A DNA stretch of 47,399 nucleotides from Bacillota bacterium. Lineage in GTDB: Bacteria; Patescibacteriota; Patescibacteriia; Patescibacteriales; UBA12465. The notes under the pieces were generated by a model. The model was not told the DNA's origin. It did not search any database and saw only the letters and a list, made by a program, of their open reading frames with translations. Both the position numbers and the translations under genes were made by a program. The number at the start of each line of letters is the position of its first letter. Within the stretch, counting starts at the first letter, position 1. The stretch spans positions 1 through 47,399 of the forward strand of contig JBLNBA010000003.1 in NCBI GenBank assembly GCA_050259635.1, given 5' to 3'. Positions 42,802 through 47,399 of the stretch are shown piece after piece.

Positions 42802-44469
42802 ATGACCAGTTATATGGATAATGCCAAAGGAAAGCTCATCGCCCGCCTCTTTCCGGACCGATTAATCCCGCCGGAGGAATTGGAGACCAAATATCCCAAG
42901 AGAAATCTTCCGGAAGGAGCCATGGTTACCAGGGTAGCCCCCAGCCCCACCGGTTCCGTCCACTTTGGAGGACTGTATGCCTCCCTGATCTCCGAGCGCC
43001 TGGCTCATCAGAGCCAAGGAGTCTTTATCTTGCGCATCGAAGACACCGACAAGAAGCGTGAAATCGAAGGTGCGGCCGGTCTTTTCTCGGCTGCCTTGGA
43101 AAGATATGGGATTCTTTTTGATGAAGGCCCCGACAAGACAGGAAAAGAAAAGGGAGAATATGGACCATATAAGCAGAGTGATCGCTCCACCCTGTATCAT
43201 TCATATATTAAGCTCCTTCTCGAGAAAGATCTTGCCTATCCCTGCTTTGCCACACCGGAAGAACTGGAAGAATTAAGATCCCGCCAGGAAGCCTTGGGAC
43301 AGCGAAGCGGCTACTACGGAGAATTTGCCGTCTGGCGCCACAAAAGCCCGGAAGAAGCCCTGGAAGCTCTAGATAAAGGCCTAAAACCGGTAATCCGCTT
43401 CCGCTCACCGGGTGATTTCAACCGCAAGATCAGGATAGAAGATCTCCTCTTGGGAAAACGGGAGATGCCGGAAAACGATCAGGATATCGTCATCATGAAA
43501 ACCGATGGCCTCCCGACATATCACTTCGCCCACGCCATAGACGACCATTTAATGAGAACCACCCATGTCATCCGGGGCAACGAATGGTTCCCCTCCCTCC
43601 CTCTCCACCTCCAGCTCTTCGATGCTTTAGGCTTTGCGCGTCCAGCCTATGCCCACTTGGCCCCCATCCAGAAGATGGAGGAGGGCAAGAAGCGCAAGCT
43701 TTCCAAACGTAAAGATCCCGAAGCCGATATTAACTTCTATCGCCAAGCCGGATATCCAGAAGAAGCAGTGATAGAGTACCTGCTCAATCTGGCCAATTCC
43801 AATTTCGAGGATTGGCGCCGGGAAAACGGGGAGAAGGATAATAGAGAATTCCAGCTAAGCTTCAAGAAGCTCGCTAATTCCAGCGGCCCCCTTTTCGATC
43901 TCACAAAACTTGCGGATATAAGCAAAGACATCGTTGCCCGCCTGGACGCAGAAACACTATTTGTACGCATCCTTGCCTGGGCAAAGGAATTCGATCTCGA
44001 ATTGGCCGAGATGCTAATGAGAGACAAAGAATATGCCATTAAGATTTTGGATATAGAGCGCTCGGGAGTAGATAAGCCCAGGAAAGATATCGGGCGTTTC
44101 GCCGATGCCAAGGATCAGATCTCTTACTTCTACGATGATAAATTTATCCTCTCCCCGGAAATCAGGAAAGAGGCGGAAGAAGGCCTTAATGGAGCTGATG
44201 GATATGCGGCGATATCGGAATTCATGGCTGCATATGATGGAAACGAGGATCCAACAATCTGGTTTGATAAGCTGAAAATAATCGGCGGAAAACATGGTTT
44301 CTCCCCTTCCCCAGCAGAGCTCAAAGCCCATCCGGAAAAATACCAAACCGGAGTCGGTTCGCTAGCCAAGCTGATACGAGTGCTTCTCACCGGGAGGACA
44401 CAAACTCCCAATCTCTGCTACATCATGAGGGTAATGGGGAGAGACAGGATAGAAAATAGATTAAAATAA
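42802..44469 (+). CDS. gltX: glutamyl-tRNA synthetase (class I, GluRS family)
   Basis: TRVAPSPTGSVHFGG (HIGH-region variant), the KLSKR (KMSKS) loop, and RIEDTD and DGLPTYHFAH motifs. Confidence 0.85.
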   Translation: MTSYMDNAKGKLIARLFPDRLIPPEELETKYPKRNLPEGAMVTRVAPSPTGSVHFGGLYASLISERLAHQSQGVFILRIEDTDKKREIEGAAGLFSAALERYGILFDEGPDKTGKEKGEYGPYKQSDRSTLYHSYIKLLLEKDLAYPCFATPEELEELRSRQEALGQRSGYYGEFAVWRHKSPEEALEALDKGLKPVIRFRSPGDFNRKIRIEDLLLGKREMPENDQDIVIMKTDGLPTYHFAHAIDDHLMRTTHVIRGNEWFPSLPLHLQLFDALGFARPAYAHLAPIQKMEEGKKRKLSKRKDPEADINFYRQAGYPEEAVIEYLLNLANSNFEDWRRENGEKDNREFQLSFKKLANSSGPLFDLTKLADISKDIVARLDAETLFVRILAWAKEFDLELAEMLMRDKEYAIKILDIERSGVDKPRKDIGRFADAKDQISYFYDDKFILSPEIRKEAEEGLNGADGYAAISEFMAAYDGNEDPTIWFDKLKIIGGKHGFSPSPAELKAHPEKYQTGVGSLAKLIRVLLTGRTQTPNLCYIMRVMGRDRIENRLK

Positions 44470-44484
44470 AACAGAGACAAGAAA

Positions 44485-44508
44485 AGAGCCCCCAAAGGGC
44501 TCTTTTTT
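44485..44508 (+). terminator. intrinsic terminator of gltX
   Basis: AGAGCCC (44485-44491) pairs with GGGCTCT (44497-44503), followed by a T-run. Confidence 0.85.
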
Positions 44509-44559
44509 ATGAGAATTTCCAAAATTAAAAGAAGCTGGCTTAGAGCTTCTTTATAGTTC

Positions 44560-44913
44560 TTAGACTTCGTTTAATAGCCTAATTTCTTCTTCCAAATAAG
44601 ATTTTTTGACACTTGCTAAATCAAGTTCCTGCTGTACATCTTCTAATTCGTCAGAAAGTTTTTTCTGAAAATATTTGTGAATTTTTTCTTCAGATATTTT
44701 GCCGGCAGGAGCCAATACTAACAAAAATAGGTAGAGTAGTGTTGTAAGACAAATACAAGGGAAAACAATCTCACTGTTGATAATAAAGCCTTCTGCGAGA
44801 AGGATGATAGGTAAAGGAATAATGGCAAATTTAAACTGTCGAGATTTCTTTTCTATCCGGGCACTTCCAATTGCGCTCTCCTTTAATCGTCTGATTAATT
44901 CTTCTTTTTCCAT
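44560..44913 (-). CDS. hypothetical membrane protein
   Basis: 117 aa with two central TM helices flanked by charged helical ends. ATG start. Confidence 0.5.
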   Translation of the reverse strand: MEKEELIRRLKESAIGSARIEKKSRQFKFAIIPLPIILLAEGFIINSEIVFPCICLTTLLYLFLLVLAPAGKISEEKIHKYFQKKLSDELEDVQQELDLASVKKSYLEEEIRLLNEV

Positions 44914-45098
44914 CTTAGTCTGTTTTTTAAGTTTGTACTGCTAATTTTAAAGTTCTATTCTAACTCTGCAGTATAATGAATACCTAAATATTTGTCAATA
45001 GCCATTTATTTGCCTTATATTATACCTCTATTTACAGAGACTTCGTATAATTTGTCCTTTTTTTGTGATACAATATAATACAGTAAACTAAGATTTTT

Positions 45099-46022
45099 AT
45101 GAAAAACAATCTCCTCAAAGAAATAACACAAATTGTGTTCTTTACGGCTGTTGTCTTTTTCTCCGCCTATTACTTCGTTCCTGGGGTAGCGGAGGCGATT
45201 AATAATATAGATGAGGGTTACAGGCTCGTGCCCACTCAAACAGTAACTTTGGCGGTTCATGGAGTCCAATGCAAAGAGATAACGGCAAATGGCAGTAAAG
45301 ATGTGTTCTTGCCATCAAGATCTTCAGAGGAATATACGGCATTTTTAGCACACAAACCTTCTGATGTAACGGTAATAGACTGCACTGTTCCGGATACCTG
45401 TGAAACAGAAACGGTATCTTGGGGAGGAAAAACCTACTCCGGAGTGCGAATAGGCAACCAGTGCTGGATGAACAAGAACCTAAACTACGGGACATTACTA
45501 GGCTCCACTCAATACCCTACGAACAACGGAATCTCTGAAAAGGCTTGCCCCGGAAATGTAGAGTCCGGCTGTACGAATGGCGCCTTATATACTTTAAGCG
45601 AGGCAATGAATTATAGCACCACGGAGGGCGCTCAAGGAATCTGCCCGCCTGGCTGGCATATACCAACCAGGTCAGAACATGACTTGCTTGTCGAAACCGA
45701 GGTCGGGGCATTGCCTACAACCTTTGGCGCCGTGAAGAATGCCTTGGGCCCGGGAACAACATTTGATAATATTATCGTTGGTTATGGCGTTTGGGCGGGG
45801 TATACACCTAATCAATATTGGAATTATGCAGGAGCGGGAACTGATAGTAAATTAGTTCTTTCTTCCCAGTGCACAGACTGCGCCCCTAATTTTCCTAATT
45901 ATGCCTTAGAAGTTACGACTAATTACCAGTCTGCTTCATATGTAAACCCCACCTTATCAAATGATGCTAACCCGGTCCGCTGCATAAAAGGTGCATATAC
46001 GGCCCCTCCACCAATGAACTAA
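45099..46022 (+). CDS. FISUMP (Fibrobacter succinogenes major paralogous) domain surface protein
   Basis: N-terminal TM/signal, then GGKTYSGVRIGNQCWMNKNLNY ... CPPGWHIPTRSEHDLL ... VRCIKG, which are hallmarks of the FISUMP domain. Confidence 0.7.
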   Translation: MKNNLLKEITQIVFFTAVVFFSAYYFVPGVAEAINNIDEGYRLVPTQTVTLAVHGVQCKEITANGSKDVFLPSRSSEEYTAFLAHKPSDVTVIDCTVPDTCETETVSWGGKTYSGVRIGNQCWMNKNLNYGTLLGSTQYPTNNGISEKACPGNVESGCTNGALYTLSEAMNYSTTEGAQGICPPGWHIPTRSEHDLLVETEVGALPTTFGAVKNALGPGTTFDNIIVGYGVWAGYTPNQYWNYAGAGTDSKLVLSSQCTDCAPNFPNYALEVTTNYQSASYVNPTLSNDANPVRCIKGAYTAPPPMN

Positions 46023-46045
46023 TAAGCTTAGGCAAAAGAAAAAGA

Positions 46046-46082
46046 GCTATCTATATAGAAAATAGATAGCCCATTTTTTTTA
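46046..46082. terminator. bidirectional terminator between convergent genes
   Basis: GCTATCTAT (46046-46054) pairs with ATAGATAGC (46062-46070). A T-run follows on the plus strand and an A-rich run precedes it. Confidence 0.75.
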
Positions 46083-46085
46083 ACC

Positions 46086-47399
46086 CTAATTTTTTAAACA
46101 ACGGATTGCCATCCCGCAAGTGCTGGGATTTCCCGCAAGCCAAATTTGATCGTTCACTACCTGTCCCCCGGTATAGAATGTCCAATAATACCCAGGATCC
46201 ATAATTGTTGTTGTCCACCAAGGTGCGCGCGATGACCCTTCCAGGAAATACCCATCTCTGAATCTAAATCCACCGGGAATAGCAGTAAAGCCGGTAGAAT
46301 TGTTCCCTCTTATATAAGCTGGGATCCAATAATGATTACTCCTTATGCTCTTTCCTCCTTTGTAGATATACTGGTAAGGATTACCCTGTTGATCGGTAAC
46401 ATATTCTTCCAGACCAAAGTAATCTCCGAATACCATGATATCCTCTTTGGAAGGAATTCTATAACCCTCAGGAGCTACGCCTCTTGGATCTACAATAACT
46501 TTGTAATTATATAGAGCACCAAAAGCAGTGTTTGCTCTAGTGGCGTCATTATCATACCAGCAATATGCCGGATTAGCATGAGCCGCCCATTCCCCGTCAT
46601 CGGTAACATAGTTGATCGCATCCCCATTATTGAAATGAGTGGTTTTCAGGTTGGCGGTAAGCCAGACCTGGCTGCCTATGCGTACTCCGAGGTAATAATT
46701 GCCATCTGCATCTACGACGGAGTCATAGGTATAGAAAGAGATAGGGTCGCCGTAGTTTGTACCAACAACGTTGGTAACATAGATTCTGGCGATGTAATCG
46801 CTGAGTTTTTCCAGACCAGGAGCCCGGACAGTGAATTTGCCCACACCGGGGTTACTGATCGCTTGGCGATAATCATAGATATCTGGTGTCCCGCTCTTAG
46901 ACCAGCAGATACCCACTTCATTGATATGGCAGTAACCGCTGTCTATTACCGTGCCGGTAAAGATAGCGCTGTTACTGGTCCTACTCATCAGTATTCCTTC
47001 ATCGATATCGGCCATCCTCGGTTCGGGAGGAAGAGCGTTATCTGTCTTGAAGGTTATACATCCGCCATAGGATACGCCGACACTATTTTTAGCATAGGCC
47101 CTGACGGTGTAGGTAGTACTCGGAGATACGTTCAGCTCGACGCTAAAGACGTCTTCCTTTACGTATACTCTCCGGGTGAGACCCAAAACCGTGGGTTCCA
47201 GGCTATCGTTCCGCCAGCAGATGCCGGCCTCGGTGATAGAGGTGCCGCCATTATCATTAATGATGCAGTTTACGATCACCAGACTGGGGTTCTGGTACAT
47301 GATCTCTATCGTGTTAACAACTGGCACGACAGGGGTGGGGTTAACCGGGTTAACCGGTTCATCTGGCTCGCAGCCAGAAATGATAATTGCGCTGAGCGC
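46086..47399 (-). CDS. lipoprotein with two Ig-like repeats and a C-terminal FISUMP domain (5' end beyond right edge)
   Basis: The C-terminal part reads DADGNYYLGVRIGSQVWLTANL ... APEGYRIPSKEDIMVF ... GMAIRCLKN. The frame stays open upstream of the track's GTG (47327) to the window end, reading ALSAIIISGCEPDEPVNPVNPTPVVPVV. This contains a lipobox (IISGC) and a Pro-rich tether. Confidence 0.7.
   Translation of the reverse strand, partial: ALSAIIISGCEPDEPVNPVNPTPVVPVVNTIEIMYQNPSLVIVNCIINDNGGTSITEAGICWRNDSLEPTVLGLTRRVYVKEDVFSVELNVSPSTTYTVRAYAKNSVGVSYGGCITFKTDNALPPEPRMADIDEGILMSRTSNSAIFTGTVIDSGYCHINEVGICWSKSGTPDIYDYRQAISNPGVGKFTVRAPGLEKLSDYIARIYVTNVVGTNYGDPISFYTYDSVVDADGNYYLGVRIGSQVWLTANLKTTHFNNGDAINYVTDDGEWAAHANPAYCWYDNDATRANTAFGALYNYKVIVDPRGVAPEGYRIPSKEDIMVFGDYFGLEEYVTDQQGNPYQYIYKGGKSIRSNHYWIPAYIRGNNSTGFTAIPGGFRFRDGYFLEGSSRAPWWTTTIMDPGYYWTFYTGGQVVNDQIWLAGNPSTCGMAIRCLKN

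Noticed and set aside
42795-42814. TATAAT overlapping the gltX ATG (42798-42803), implying a near-leaderless start at the second Met (42814)
   Set aside because: This is possible, but it rests on a single hexamer in AT-rich DNA. I kept the first ATG at 42802 as the annotated start.
45015-45269. 84-aa minus-strand ORF overlapping the start of the FISUMP gene
   Set aside because: It spans the promoter region and the N-terminal signal of a supported plus-strand gene, and it has no motifs.
45099-47399. Diversity-generating retroelement targeting the FISUMP domains
   Set aside because: The window contains no reverse transcriptase. I could not find a nucleotide repeat of either C-terminal region elsewhere in the window. 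The C-termini look like ordinary FISUMP ends.
1-47399. CRISPR arrays, rRNA genes, IS elements or transposases, integrases, prophage genes
   Set aside because: I saw no regularly spaced direct repeats, no rRNA-like sequence and no ORF with transposase, integrase or phage structural motifs while reading both strands.
1-47399. Alternative genetic code (TGA as a sense codon, as in some CPR lineages)
   Set aside because: TGA terminates conserved genes at their expected lengths, for example recG at 30801-30803 and the ORF ending at 4350-4352, which is followed 1 nt later by the pilB start. The standard code fits.

Overview
This is a 47.4-kb chromosomal segment. Gene content points to a small-genome, monoderm-type bacterium of the Patescibacteria/CPR kind; that placement is inference. 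The standard genetic code is in use, because TGA ends recG at its normal length. Contents from left to right: (1) A complete minus-strand type IV pilus operon, pilM-pilN-pilO-orf127-pilB-pilC plus two tandem paralogous pilins (225-7073), with no secretin. (2) A TolB-like propeller protein and an AT-rich AAA+ ATPase. (3) thrS behind a T-box-like leader. (4) A tricistron of a membrane-anchored CPHC thioredoxin-fold protein, a CPVC polytopic membrane protein and an unknown protein. (5) Hypothetical proteins, a MATE exporter, a flavodoxin followed by a 56-aa four-Cys ORF missing from the supplied track, a three-LamG-domain surface protein and a cupin. (6) A ku-ligD NHEJ pair. (7) A visibly AT-rich accessory stretch with an EEP-fold nuclease/phosphatase, an HExxH protein and a 560-bp ORF-free spacer. 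It ends at tRNA-Ser(GCU), whose 3' end is repeated 0.7 kb away. (8) tRNA-Arg with a GCG anticodon, then recG. (9) radA abutting a ~9.6-kb chromosomal T4SS-like cluster (VirB4, PrgI/VirB3-like, VirB6/TrbL-like, VirB8-like architecture and several family-less proteins). This cluster has no relaxase, coupling protein or mobility genes and is the most interesting system in the window. (10) gltX. (11) Two convergent FISUMP-domain surface proteins, one a lipoprotein that runs off the right edge. I saw no rRNA, CRISPR array, transposase or integrase. All family calls come from motif reading by eye, not from searches.
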